Virus record (IMG/VR): IMGVR_UViG_3300032212_000021
Coordinates: 1 to 49,296 of that record
DNA from: a virus
Lineage: Duplodnaviria > Caudoviricetes
DNA length: 49,296 nucleotides
Direction: 5' to 3' (one strand)
Positions 1 through 9,581 of the stretch are shown one piece after another (within the stretch, counting starts at the first letter, position 1; the number at the start of each line of letters is the position of its first letter). The translations under genes were made by a program, and so were the position numbers. A model generated the notes under the pieces. The model did not search any database. It was not told the DNA's origin and saw only the letters and a list, made by a program, of their open reading frames with translations.

Positions 1-123
1 CATCGGCGGCTGCAGTGAAGAGTGCTTATGATCTGGCGGCAACGAAGCTAAATTCGGGTGCCAAAGCGGCTGACAGCGCCTTGCTAAACGGAAAAACCGT
101 GATCAATTCGGTCGCAAGCACGG
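1..123 (+). repeat. Terminal direct repeat, identical to 49174-49296 (circular overlap inside a 138-bp tandem repeat)
   Basis: catcggcggctgcagtgaag...gtcgcaagcacgg occurs at both ends; the same sequence recurs with a 138-bp period (1 vs 139; 49091 vs 49229). Confidence 0.95.
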
Positions 124-575
124 ATATTTCTGCACCTGCATCGGCGGCTGCAGTGAAGAGTGCTTATGATCTGGCAAATTCTAAATTGTCGCCCGCATCA
201 GCACAGGCTCTGCATGTTAATGACGCGCTTGTCTTATCGGGTAGCACACTTTATTTAGTTAAGGGTAATGGAGCAAGCGAAAGCGTTGTTCTTCCAACAT
301 TTGGGGTAGGGATAGCTCAAAGCTGGCAGAACCTTACGGCTACTAGGGCTTTAAACACAACCTACACGAATACTACCGGAAAACCAATTATGGTCACGGT
401 GAGATCAGGAAACAGTAATGCCGGCGGAGGCTTCACGGTGACGGTGAACGGTGTTGTTATTATCACTTCCACCAGCGCTTATGACGGGCTTCAAGGATCA
501 TTTGTCGTGCCTAACGGACATACCTACAAAGTCACCTCTGCCATAGCGATACAATCATGGTCAGAGCTTAGATAA
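1..575 (+). CDS. Tail fibre protein, C-terminal part (continues from the ORF starting at 48066)
   Basis: AVKSAYDLA fibre repeats; C-terminal GVGIAQSWQNLT..RALNTTYTNTTGKPIMV..SFVVPNG..Y domain typical of tail fibre tips; in frame with 48066 across the junction. Confidence 0.85.
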   Translation, partial: SAAAVKSAYDLAATKLNSGAKAADSALLNGKTVINSVASTDISAPASAAAVKSAYDLANSKLSPASAQALHVNDALVLSGSTLYLVKGNGASESVVLPTFGVGIAQSWQNLTATRALNTTYTNTTGKPIMVTVRSGNSNAGGGFTVTVNGVVIITSTSAYDGLQGSFVVPNGHTYKVTSAIAIQSWSELR

Positions 576-589
576 GAGCAGGAGAATAG

Positions 590-958
590 ATGAAGTATTT
601 TAAAGATGATAAAGGGGAGGTATATGCCTACGCCGACGACGGATCACAAGATGCATTGATAGGCGATAAGGTTGCCATAACAAAGCTGGAGGCCGAAGCA
701 CATTTAAACCCCGTTCTTCAGCCCGAACTCCCTAATGTAGTGACTATGAGACAGGCAAGGCTGGCACTGTTGGAAATGGGATTGCTTGCAACCGTATCCG
801 AAGCAGTAGCGAATGGAACAGACGAATCTATTAAGATTGAGTGGGAGTACTCCACGGAGATCAATCGAGACTCCGCTAGTCTTATAGCCTTGTCTACAGT
901 GCTTGGAATGAGCAGTGATGATCTTGATAATATATTTTTGCTGGCAGGTACCTTGTAA
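590..958 (+). CDS. Putative tail fibre assembly chaperone
   Basis: Follows the fibre; MKYFKD..GEVYAY start and VTMRQARLAL..IEWEY motif; GGAG RBS. Confidence 0.65.
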   Translation: MKYFKDDKGEVYAYADDGSQDALIGDKVAITKLEAEAHLNPVLQPELPNVVTMRQARLALLEMGLLATVSEAVANGTDESIKIEWEYSTEINRDSASLIALSTVLGMSSDDLDNIFLLAGTL

Positions 959-1179
959 TGAAAAACTACCTATGGAATATCTTAATCAGCTTGGATCAGC
1001 TTGTAAACACCTTGTTTAACGGTGATCCGGACGAGACGATATCCTCACGGATGGGAAAACATATACGAAATGGCGATAAGGGGTGGCGGTACGCCTTGTG
1101 CAAAGCTCTGCACTGGCTGGACAAGAGACATTGTGAAAAATCTATTGAAGAGGATGAGGGAAGAGAAAATGAAAAGTAA
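958..1179 (+). CDS. Small phage protein (LDQLVNTLFNGDPDETISSR family)
   Basis: Motif commonly seen next to tail fibre and lysis genes; overlaps the upstream stop. Confidence 0.7.
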   Translation: MKNYLWNILISLDQLVNTLFNGDPDETISSRMGKHIRNGDKGWRYALCKALHWLDKRHCEKSIEEDEGRENEK

Positions 1180-1205
1180 GATTGATACCCATACAAGGAG
1201 TCTAT

Positions 1206-1652
1206 ATGTTGCCTGAAGCGAGCGTGACGGCTAAGGTTCTGTTTACGACAGGTTCGTTTGCCCTCTCTTCCACACTGGTCTATCTTGGGATAAACGCGGA
1301 AGCATTTATGCTTTTTAGCCTTCTGCTTGGAATGGACTATAGCACGGGAATACTCAAGGCGCGGGCTATTAAAGAGAGCATAACGTCCAACAAGATGAAG
1401 TACGGGATCATATCGAAGTTTTCACTTATTTTGATCCCTATCGTTCTTGCCATAGGAGCCAAGGCGGTCGGTGCCGATTTTGGCAGTGTTCTGCTGGCGG
1501 GGATCAATATGCTTATCCTGTCCGAGGTCTACAGCATCATAGGGAACATCTACGCGATCAAGACGCATGAGGAGCTCCCCGAGTACGATGTCGTAGCGAT
1601 GATCGGAAAGCGGATACGAAACGCGCTTTTAAAAACAAGTGAAGGAAATTAG
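1206..1652 (+). CDS. Holin
   Basis: Several hydrophobic segments, DYSTG..KA..ITS..G motif of phage holin family 4; directly upstream of the amidase; AAGGAG RBS supports ATG 1206. Confidence 0.8.
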   Translation: MLPEASVTAKVLFTTGSFALSSTLVYLGINAEAFMLFSLLLGMDYSTGILKARAIKESITSNKMKYGIISKFSLILIPIVLAIGAKAVGADFGSVLLAGINMLILSEVYSIIGNIYAIKTHEELPEYDVVAMIGKRIRNALLKTSEGN

Positions 1653-2108
1653 ATGGCAAAGATCAAACGTATTATCATCCACTGCTCAGACAGTAAACAC
1701 GGCAGTTCGGCAGATATCAGACGATGGCATGTTCAAGAGAACGGATGGCGTGACATCGGGTATCACTTCATCATCAACAACGGGAACTTGGGTCAGGGCC
1801 TGATCATTGAGAGTATGGACGGCGCCATTGAGATCGGCAGAGAGATGGACGGTAACGGCTATCTTGACACCGAAGAGATAGGCGCGCATGCGCTTGGCGC
1901 GAATGCCGACTCCATCGGGATCTGTCTTATCGGAAAAGGGGAGTATACGCCCGCTCAGATGTTTGCACTTAAGCGACTGACGGGTGAGCTTTGTGTTGAG
2001 TTTGGTATCAGCAAGGAGAACATCATAGGCCATTGTGAGGTCGAGGGCGTGACAAAGAGCTGCCCACAGTTTAAAGAGGGCATGGACGCCTTCAGAAGGG
2101 AGATGTGA
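1653..2108 (+). CDS. Endolysin, N-acetylmuramoyl-L-alanine amidase (T7 lysozyme-like)
   Basis: IIIHCS, GWRDIGYHF, GAHA, SIGICLIG, GH, KSCP zinc amidase motifs. Confidence 0.93.
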   Translation: MAKIKRIIIHCSDSKHGSSADIRRWHVQENGWRDIGYHFIINNGNLGQGLIIESMDGAIEIGREMDGNGYLDTEEIGAHALGANADSIGICLIGKGEYTPAQMFALKRLTGELCVEFGISKENIIGHCEVEGVTKSCPQFKEGMDAFRREM

Positions 2109-2587
2109 TGTTTTGGAAAAAGTACCTTATCGGTTTTATAGGGGTCGTATCCGTTATCGCAATCATAGCGATGCTTAATGCTCAGGTGGCGTACCATAAA
2201 AAAGATGCCGAGCTAAACCTGCAGGCGGCGGAACAGGTAGGCGATGAGTGGCTTAAGGTGAGCAAGATTGCCAACGAAAATGCCCAAAGTCTCAAGCAGG
2301 CACAGGCGGAGTACAAGGAGACGATGAAGATCATCGTATCAAAGTATGAACAGGAGATATGGGCTCAAGAGAGGGCTTTTAAATTGTATGAGAGGATAGG
2401 AGATGTACAAGACGATGAAGACGGCGACGTTAGTGATGTTCTTAGCAATACTCTTTCAGGGTTGCGCGACATGCAGGCCGAAAGTACAAACGGTGGAGAA
2501 GACGGTGTATATCAAACAGAAGATACCGGCCCAGAGCCTGAGCTTAAAAGCTATGCCAAAAATTCCGCGGGCGCAAAAACAGAGTGA
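2105..2587 (+). CDS. Inner-membrane spanin (Rz-like)
   Basis: N-terminal transmembrane helix then coiled coil; follows the endolysin. Confidence 0.75.
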   Translation: MMFWKKYLIGFIGVVSVIAIIAMLNAQVAYHKKDAELNLQAAEQVGDEWLKVSKIANENAQSLKQAQAEYKETMKIIVSKYEQEIWAQERAFKLYERIGDVQDDEDGDVSDVLSNTLSGLRDMQAESTNGGEDGVYQTEDTGPEPELKSYAKNSAGAKTE

Positions 2588-2690
2588 GGTTGCGGCCTAC
2601 AGTGTCGAGCTTTGGCTCTACGCCAATGACTGCAGAAGCAACATAGAATCCATTAGGAAGATCCAAGGAGACAAAGATGGCAACAACTAA
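2403..2690 (+). CDS. Outer-membrane spanin lipoprotein (Rz1-like), overlapping the Rz-like gene
   Basis: Signal peptide with lipobox-like LFQGC, Pro-containing middle, C-terminal Cys; overlap architecture typical of two-component spanins. Confidence 0.75.
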   Translation: MYKTMKTATLVMFLAILFQGCATCRPKVQTVEKTVYIKQKIPAQSLSLKAMPKIPRAQKQSEVAAYSVELWLYANDCRSNIESIRKIQGDKDGNN

Positions 2691-2931
2691 AAATAAAACC
2701 TGTGAAGTGGGCGCAGGGTGGGTCCAGCTCAACACTGTTGATACGGCCTTTATCGTCCAAAACATCTCCAAGGTAAGTGCGGAGTACTGCTACGCCACGG
2801 CAACCCCGTCTGAAACCATTCAGGGCGGATTGCTTAAACCCGAAGGCGGGGTGACATCAGGTATGCTGCAAGGGCTTGTCTTTGGCAGAGCGTCCGGAGA
2901 CGTCGCCGTGAAGTTTGTAGTGTTTGATTGA
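2677..2931 (+). CDS. Hypothetical small beta-rich protein
   Basis: AAGGAG RBS; coupled to neighbours. Confidence 0.6.
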   Translation: MATTKNKTCEVGAGWVQLNTVDTAFIVQNISKVSAEYCYATATPSETIQGGLLKPEGGVTSGMLQGLVFGRASGDVAVKFVVFD

Positions 2932-5900
2932 TGAAAGACAATACCCTCTTTGATATAAACGATACTTTCGAGTTAAAACTGAACTCCGCTGATCACAAGA
3001 AGTTTGTGGCCGTATCGTCCCTTACCTACACCGGAGCGTCCACCTTTCAAGGCGGGCTAATCACCTTAACTCCGGCTGGAGATACAACGTTATCGACCTT
3101 TGTTTTGGAAAATGATTACGGATGGGTAAGTTTTGACACCAATACGGGTATTGCGACGGCGCAATCTACGGATCTGATCAGTGGTAAATTCACACTCTCT
3201 ATCACGGAAACAAGCCCTGATGGAGTATTTACCCACACTATAGATATTAAGGTGTATGGGGATGAAAATAACATTTCACTCCAATCGAACACGGTAGCTC
3301 TTCCTAGAGAAGATTTAGGGCAACCTATCAAAACCTCCAATAACTTCTTCAATGCTCAAATACCTAAGTCACCCACATCCACCGAGTGGAAATGGATTTT
3401 CTTTGTACGGGAGAAATACGGATCTACTCCTATGGACGTTATCATAATAGATGATGAGCTGGGAACCGTAACTCAACAAGTTCAGGCAGATCCAGCACTA
3501 GGGTTTGAGTATAACGGTGGCGTTGATAAGCTTAGATCTGATGAATGGAAGTTATACATTCACGGCCCCTCTTCTGGCGGGTTCTATCATATCTCTGTGT
3601 TTGACCCTGCTACTAATACCTTTGACTGGGACGCGGTCACCGGCATGAATGCTTTCTCCGGTCAGGGAGCAATGGCTATCGATCCTACTACACGTAAACT
3701 TATTGTTTACGGTATTGGTGCAGGTGTCGGACAGCTAGGAGAGGTTAATACCGCTACCAATGTTTTTACATTTCTGACTACCGTAGGCACATCCGTAACT
3801 GATCCAAGAGGTACCTCTTTAGCTGTCGGGCAGGATTATATTTACACAGTTCTGGGAAGAACCCCTACTTCAAGACTATATCAAACTACTAAAGACGGTA
3901 TAACTCAAACACTTATTGCGTCAACTACAGACAATTTAGGGGACATTGTATTAACTCAGCTGAGATGGGGTGTAAAGGCTACATTTACTGGAGTAGTTGG
4001 ATACACAGATGGCGATTATTTTCTATACAACGACACTATCACAGCAGTTGTCAATCCCGATATCGGGCCTTGGACTAATCAAGATGGTCAACCTGAATTT
4101 TTAGGTTCTGAGATTTTAGTAGCAGCGGGAACCCCTTATTCATCAGCAGGGATGGGCCCTATACCTTCATCAGGTTCTTCTGTTATTGGGGTTGCGACTG
4201 ACGGTGTAAATAATCAATATCCTGTCACTGTTGCAACATTTCCTTATGCACTGAGCAACTTGGTTCAGTCTAGTGTTGACAAAATGTTACTCTCTGCTAG
4301 GAACTACGGAGGGTGGTCTGATTACAACTTCAAAACTCTTACTGAATATACCAATTATGATGCCAGTGCCTCTAGGATAGAAGTTGTGAAAATGCCTAAT
4401 GACGACATTGTGAGCGGTGGGTATCCTTCACAAATTTTATTTATTAAACCTGCGAATGCTACAGATAAGACCTTCATCGGTTATTTAGGCGGTGATAACG
4501 GCCCGACCAGAGGTCATTACTTCCAAGGATTTTGTATTGGTTCTGACGGTTTAGTATACGGTTCAGGTGTTCAGTATCGTGTTGGTGATGCGGGTACAAT
4601 CGGATGGTTTAACCCATATGACTTTGACAATACCAAAGGCGGGTTTAGTAATGAGACATACGCGCTGTTAGCGGATTACGGCATGAACAACTGTGTTGCT
4701 ATGGGGACCAAAATAATAATTTCCTCGTATGTCGTAGCCGCTTCCATAGCCACAAATTCTCTCATATTTGTCTTTGATACAGCTACAAAGACTTTTACCG
4801 GAACGCATATACTAGGAACAGACACCACAAACAGCGGGTGGATAGCTAAGGTTAGCGATACGGATATAGTCGGTATTACCTCTTTGCCTGATCCTGATAA
4901 AAGTCTTGTTATATACAGGATGAACGCAGTGACGGGGGCTATTGTGTATAAACGCACATTTTTATCATTGAGATACCTCCATGCGTATAATGAGCATCAG
5001 GCTATGTTCAAACCTTTTGAACTAGGGAAGGATGGATGTATCTATACCACCTGTTATTCAGACAACTCCCTGTTTTATCTTATCAGAATAGAACCTTCCA
5101 TCGGGGCGATTGAAATATTGGGATCTATAAGCAGTGAAGAGAGGTTAAGACTAGAGGATAAAACAGACGATATATACTTCGGTACGGATTCAGGGAATCT
5201 ATACAGAGCAAGCAACCAATCCCTACCCGCAATAATGCCTCCTTCGGTTCTTGAACTTCAGCCGGAGTACCTCTTATCACCAACGCTGGACGTCTTGGAG
5301 TGGACATTGGGCCTTGGCTGGTCACACTCTTTAGGTACCTATGTCTTTGACAGTGCAGGGGGTACAGGAGCCTTATCCCTATCTGCTACGTTGGGTAAAG
5401 ACAGGAAATACAGGATGACGATTGATACAACGTCTATCGTGGGGACTCTGCTGTATAGAGAGTTTACAAGGATACTTCAGTACATCAGTGCGGGCGGTGT
5501 GACTCAGATTGATGTTGTGATGGAGCTGGAGGGCGGACAGTTGAACTTCGTGACTACCTTGACCACCAGCGCGGTATTGAATGCTATCTCCATACAGGAG
5601 TTGATGCCTTATGTGATCGCCGGAAACAATATCTTGCTAAACGGGGGATTTGCTGAAGGCTTAAAATACTGGAACATTTATGACACGGCTTCTTCTGTCA
5701 CCAATGGGGTTGTACACTTTTCAGCAAGTGCAAACTATTACGGTGTCACTAACGTATTCTACACCGAGGTAGGGAAGACATGGGAAGTGTCGGCACTGCT
5801 GAAGATGGAAGCAGGAGCCGGTGTTCTCGTTAGGGTGTATGCAGATGCAGGCTTTGGAACCATTATAGCCGATAGTGTCACCGTAACGGACACGGTTAAT

Positions 5901-6020
5901 TTTCAATTGGTGACTTTCCAGTTCGTAGCCACAACGACGAGGCCGATGCTTTATCTGAGATCGGGCGCACCTGTGAGTTCGGGTTTTGCTAAAGATGTAA
6001 GCGTTAAAGAAGTTATATAG
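2928..6020 (+). CDS. 1030-aa beta-rich protein, possible receptor-binding or tail appendage protein
   Basis: Gly/Thr/Ser-rich propeller-like repeats (G.DG..Y); C-terminal NILLNGGF..G..W resembles a CBM4/9-type carbohydrate-binding module. Confidence 0.55.
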   Translation: MMKDNTLFDINDTFELKLNSADHKKFVAVSSLTYTGASTFQGGLITLTPAGDTTLSTFVLENDYGWVSFDTNTGIATAQSTDLISGKFTLSITETSPDGVFTHTIDIKVYGDENNISLQSNTVALPREDLGQPIKTSNNFFNAQIPKSPTSTEWKWIFFVREKYGSTPMDVIIIDDELGTVTQQVQADPALGFEYNGGVDKLRSDEWKLYIHGPSSGGFYHISVFDPATNTFDWDAVTGMNAFSGQGAMAIDPTTRKLIVYGIGAGVGQLGEVNTATNVFTFLTTVGTSVTDPRGTSLAVGQDYIYTVLGRTPTSRLYQTTKDGITQTLIASTTDNLGDIVLTQLRWGVKATFTGVVGYTDGDYFLYNDTITAVVNPDIGPWTNQDGQPEFLGSEILVAAGTPYSSAGMGPIPSSGSSVIGVATDGVNNQYPVTVATFPYALSNLVQSSVDKMLLSARNYGGWSDYNFKTLTEYTNYDASASRIEVVKMPNDDIVSGGYPSQILFIKPANATDKTFIGYLGGDNGPTRGHYFQGFCIGSDGLVYGSGVQYRVGDAGTIGWFNPYDFDNTKGGFSNETYALLADYGMNNCVAMGTKIIISSYVVAASIATNSLIFVFDTATKTFTGTHILGTDTTNSGWIAKVSDTDIVGITSLPDPDKSLVIYRMNAVTGAIVYKRTFLSLRYLHAYNEHQAMFKPFELGKDGCIYTTCYSDNSLFYLIRIEPSIGAIEILGSISSEERLRLEDKTDDIYFGTDSGNLYRASNQSLPAIMPPSVLELQPEYLLSPTLDVLEWTLGLGWSHSLGTYVFDSAGGTGALSLSATLGKDRKYRMTIDTTSIVGTLLYREFTRILQYISAGGVTQIDVVMELEGGQLNFVTTLTTSAVLNAISIQELMPYVIAGNNILLNGGFAEGLKYWNIYDTASSVTNGVVHFSASANYYGVTNVFYTEVGKTWEVSALLKMEAGAGVLVRVYADAGFGTIIADSVTVTDTVNFQLVTFQFVATTTRPMLYLRSGAPVSSGFAKDVSVKEVI

Positions 6021-6047
6021 AAATATTAAAAACATCGGAGAGAGGGT

Positions 6048-6248
6048 ATGTATAAGGCAACGGACACCTTGGCGAACTTGGCTTTTAAGAAGGTTAAGAA
6101 GTTGAAGAAAGATACGACAAACGGATACGTGAGTAAGGCCGAGTATGACGCCAAGGTCTTAGCGCTTCAGACGGACATAACCACGCTTACGCAGAATTAC
6201 GCTGCGCTTGAGCTTCGGGTGGCTGCTCTTGAAGCGCTTAACCCATAA
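6048..6248 (+). CDS. Hypothetical coiled-coil protein
   Basis: GAGAGGG RBS; heptad C-terminus LELRVAALE. Confidence 0.6.
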   Translation: MYKATDTLANLAFKKVKKLKKDTTNGYVSKAEYDAKVLALQTDITTLTQNYAALELRVAALEALNP

Positions 6249-6277
6249 ATTGCGCCCGCGCAAACACAGGAGATAGG

Positions 6278-6403
6278 ATGAACGGAAAACATGATGCCCA
6301 GACGGGAGGACCGAAGTTTATATTCTGCGCATGCGGCGCGCATTTCATACAGGGATACCCAAAGTGTCCTGTATGCAAGAGATCGGTAAAGGATGAAAAA
6401 TGA
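6278..6403 (+). CDS. 41-aa zinc-ribbon-like protein (not in ORF track)
   Basis: MNGKHDAQTGGPKFIFCACGAHFIQGYPKCPVCKRSVKDEK; AGGAG RBS; ATGA overlap with the next gene. Confidence 0.6.
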   Translation: MNGKHDAQTGGPKFIFCACGAHFIQGYPKCPVCKRSVKDEK

Positions 6404-7701
6404 AACGACCACAGTATAATGCGGCTATTTTGGCCCTTGGAAGACCTTCTGAGAAGAACGCCCTGACCCATGTGGGCGATAGTCTGCTTAAGGTAGGCTC
6501 TATCATCAACGATAATCAAGACAGGCGGTCGCGAACTGACCTGCTGGACGAGCAGACCGCCGGAGCCAAGGTGTCAAACCTGATGAAAGAAAAAGAGCTT
6601 GATAGCTACGACACAAGAATTAATTCACAGCAGGCGCAGATAGACTCAGCGATCAAGAGAAACGAATCGCAGACGCAAGCGGCGGATATTAAGACGCAAC
6701 AGGATAAGAGGAAAGAAGAACTTGATGCACAAAACAGAAGTGTGTTTGCAATGCTGGATGACTACGGCAACAAAAACCAGTTCATAGGAAACATAACGCA
6801 GGATCAGTTTGATGCGTTTGTCCCAAAGATAATGCAGGAGAAGGTGGCCATAGATAACCCCTCAGCAACACGGATGTGGCTGGATAAGGTGCAGGGCCGG
6901 CTGGACGAAAGATACGCCCTCGAGCGCAAGTCTGAGCCAAAGGCCGGAAAAGATGACAAAGAGTACCGCCTTAACGAAGCCGACCTGCCCAAGTTCAGAG
7001 CCAACTTCAAAGAAGCCTTTGACGAGGAGCCTACCGCCGCGGATGAGGAGCGGTTTAAAAAAGGCGACCCGAAGTATACGGACTGGAAGACCTTCAAAGA
7101 CAGTGCGACAAAGCGGAAGATCCGTGCATCCGTCTCCATCGAGGAGGCATTTAAGGAGCTCGATAAGTACGACCTTGAAGATATCGAATCCGTAGCGGGC
7201 AGGTTTCAGTACGCTCCGGAGCGATTCAAGAGGGATCTTCTCTCGGTAGACCCAGACGACTGGGCCATTACATCGGGCATCAAAGAGACCTTCGGAGGGT
7301 ACACACAAAAAGAGCAGGACCTTATGAAGGTGATGATGAAGTTAAACTCCGAAGAGATGCACCGGCTCTACGGAGCGGCGCTGACGGGAAGCGAAAGCGG
7401 CAGAGCCAAGCAGTGGAGTCTTGACTTGGCCCAATCCGCATCGGGATGGGTCTCCTCCGCCGATGCACTAAGGCGAGAGAACCTGAAGGGGCTGAAGGAT
7501 ACGAAGCAGGGGTATATCAATTTTCCGGTGCAGAACTTTGAGTTCAGATCCTTAAGCGATGTCTATCGCAATAAGGCAGATGAGAGCTCCGTACCCTCAA
7601 GCCCACCGCCTGAGTCTACACCTACCCAAGAGATAGCAAAGATGAACGCTCAAGATCAGGCGGCGCTCTTGGACGAGAAGATAAAAGCCATGGGCTTATA
7701 G
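6400..7701 (+). CDS. Putative internal virion/DNA ejection protein
   Basis: Helical, charged, Gln/Ala-rich; LYGAALTGSE..A segment; function inferred from composition. Confidence 0.5.
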   Translation: MKRPQYNAAILALGRPSEKNALTHVGDSLLKVGSIINDNQDRRSRTDLLDEQTAGAKVSNLMKEKELDSYDTRINSQQAQIDSAIKRNESQTQAADIKTQQDKRKEELDAQNRSVFAMLDDYGNKNQFIGNITQDQFDAFVPKIMQEKVAIDNPSATRMWLDKVQGRLDERYALERKSEPKAGKDDKEYRLNEADLPKFRANFKEAFDEEPTAADEERFKKGDPKYTDWKTFKDSATKRKIRASVSIEEAFKELDKYDLEDIESVAGRFQYAPERFKRDLLSVDPDDWAITSGIKETFGGYTQKEQDLMKVMMKLNSEEMHRLYGAALTGSESGRAKQWSLDLAQSASGWVSSADALRRENLKGLKDTKQGYINFPVQNFEFRSLSDVYRNKADESSVPSSPPPESTPTQEIAKMNAQDQAALLDEKIKAMGL

Positions 7702-7801
7702 TAGATTTATGCTAGGTTTACAGGGTAATGATATACTTCTGTGGTAATTGTAAAGTAATGCAATTGTAATACAATTGATAAGAAAACAGTACGGGGAAAA
7801 G

Positions 7802-8023
7802 ATGAAGAAGAAGAAAAAAGATATGAACATGGTGCTGGAGAAGATGGACAACTATATCGTCTCCTTGGATTTCATAAACACACAGCTGTTTAAAGGGAGC
7901 GACGGTATCGAGATATGCATCGATCATGGGGCGGCAGAGCTTATGGGGTTTTTGATGAAAGAGATGCGTTCAGAGTGTAACAAAATGCAACAAATTGTCG
8001 ATAATATAGATATAAACAAATAA
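7802..8023 (+). CDS. Hypothetical protein
   Basis: ORF with GGGG upstream of ATG 7802. Confidence 0.5.
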   Translation: MKKKKKDMNMVLEKMDNYIVSLDFINTQLFKGSDGIEICIDHGAAELMGFLMKEMRSECNKMQQIVDNIDINK

Positions 8024-8230
8024 AAGTGAATTTATAACCACAAAAATTTGTATTTTAATTCATAAAAATGTAGAATTATCCTTATAAACACAAAAAAGGA
8101 TGGTTCTTGTGCGAATGAGTTTTAAAAAAACAGTGTGTCGTTATAGAAATATCATAAAAAATACGGTTATTGGCGTGGCCTTTTTTTTAGCATATATCTT
8201 TTTTCATGTATGTGCTGAAAGTCTGATGAG

Positions 8231-8875
8231 ATGAAAAATCCTATCAGTGTGCGCGATCAACTCCTGCACTCCTTTGTGGATTCGCTTAGTGTTTCACAGC
8301 GCAATCTTCTTAACTGCATCGGTGTGCTTGCGTGGGCCGATAAATGTTTTGATGACGCAAAGGTAGACCATAAAAAACACTCAGGCGGCAACTACCTCGC
8401 CAAAACGTATCAAGAGCTTACCCTTATGAAGATACGAAAAAAGATAGATGGCACGATGGAGCACTATCGCAAGAGCGGATATGTCGATCTGGCGTATCAC
8501 CTCTTTAAAGATATCGGCAACGAGGCCATATCGGTGAGCGAACCCATCTCGTTTAAAGGCTCCAAGCTTCACATCCCCGATCCCAAGAAGATCTCCGAGT
8601 TGTCGTATGTTCCTGCGCTCTCGGGCCTGTACATGCTTAATGATTTCAGATCCTGTTTCATGAAACACAAAAATATGCGCTTCGGACAGAGAGAGATAGA
8701 TGATCTCATCACCTTTTTGAGTGAAAAAAATGACGTCACGGCTCAGGCGCTCAAGACAAGTATATGCTACAGCGACACCCTGATCCATCGCATCACCACC
8801 CACAAGCCCGATCCAAGCATGTGGCCCGACCCTCAAGAGAGCGATGCAATCCTCAAAGAGATAGACTCTGCATGA
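8231..8875 (+). CDS. Hypothetical protein, first gene of the primase operon
   Basis: 214-aa ORF after an AT-rich promoter region. Confidence 0.65.
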   Translation: MKNPISVRDQLLHSFVDSLSVSQRNLLNCIGVLAWADKCFDDAKVDHKKHSGGNYLAKTYQELTLMKIRKKIDGTMEHYRKSGYVDLAYHLFKDIGNEAISVSEPISFKGSKLHIPDPKKISELSYVPALSGLYMLNDFRSCFMKHKNMRFGQREIDDLITFLSEKNDVTAQALKTSICYSDTLIHRITTHKPDPSMWPDPQESDAILKEIDSA

Positions 8876-9156
8876 AAACATCACAAAGACTGTTTAAGTG
8901 GACCCCTCAAGATTATAAAGAGATGAATGACTCCACTCCCTTGGAATATATCCAAAAGCACATATCCAGACTCGAGAAACTTCAAGAGATGTACCTAGAG
9001 GGTATAGACAGCGTCGTCGTTGAGGACTGCCTGAAGCGATCAACGCCGGTGCATTCGGAGATGATCGTGCTCAGAAGAGAGAGGACAGAGGCCATAGAGC
9101 ACTGGAGAGCCAAAGAGAGAGAGATCCTCTACCATAAGGAGGGGGTAAATGGGTAA
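8872..9156 (+). CDS. Hypothetical protein
   Basis: ATGA overlap with the upstream gene supports the 8872 start. Confidence 0.6.
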   Translation: MKTSQRLFKWTPQDYKEMNDSTPLEYIQKHISRLEKLQEMYLEGIDSVVVEDCLKRSTPVHSEMIVLRRERTEAIEHWRAKEREILYHKEGVNG

Positions 9157-9550
9157 ATGTCCCCGTGTAGAACAAGAACCGTCGAGGGTCCGCATCGTCT
9201 ACTATCATGACAGTGAGTGGTGCCCCATGCGCGAGTACAAGTCTCATTTTCTCCCAGACGGATCGCTTAAACAGAGCGCAGACGATATGTTCTCCTATAA
9301 AGACCTGAGCGACATATTCGGAAAAGAGAACTCAAAAAGGATGTATCAGAACCTTATGAAGGAGGGAAACAGGCACTGCTTCAGGGTCTACAGAAGAGGA
9401 ACCCCCGTGGAGGTTACCTGTTTTAAGAAAGAGGATCTTGTCAGGATGATAGACAAGATGGAAAACGACAAGAGAGTGGACCTGTTCTACAAAGGAATCA
9501 GACTGGTCTTAAAAGAGCACTATACGCTTGAAGAGAAGATAGCCGTATAG
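9149..9550 (+). CDS. Hypothetical protein
   Basis: AAGGAGG RBS; operon context. Confidence 0.65.
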   Translation: MGKCPRVEQEPSRVRIVYYHDSEWCPMREYKSHFLPDGSLKQSADDMFSYKDLSDIFGKENSKRMYQNLMKEGNRHCFRVYRRGTPVEVTCFKKEDLVRMIDKMENDKRVDLFYKGIRLVLKEHYTLEEKIAV

Positions 9551-9581
9551 ATCAGATGACACTGTAAAAAAAGGATATCTT

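Noticed and set aside
8024-8110. ACAA/TTGT operator-like repeats shared with the cI-cro intergenic region (33005-33250)
   Set aside because: Both regions are very AT-rich and I could not define a consistent operator above chance
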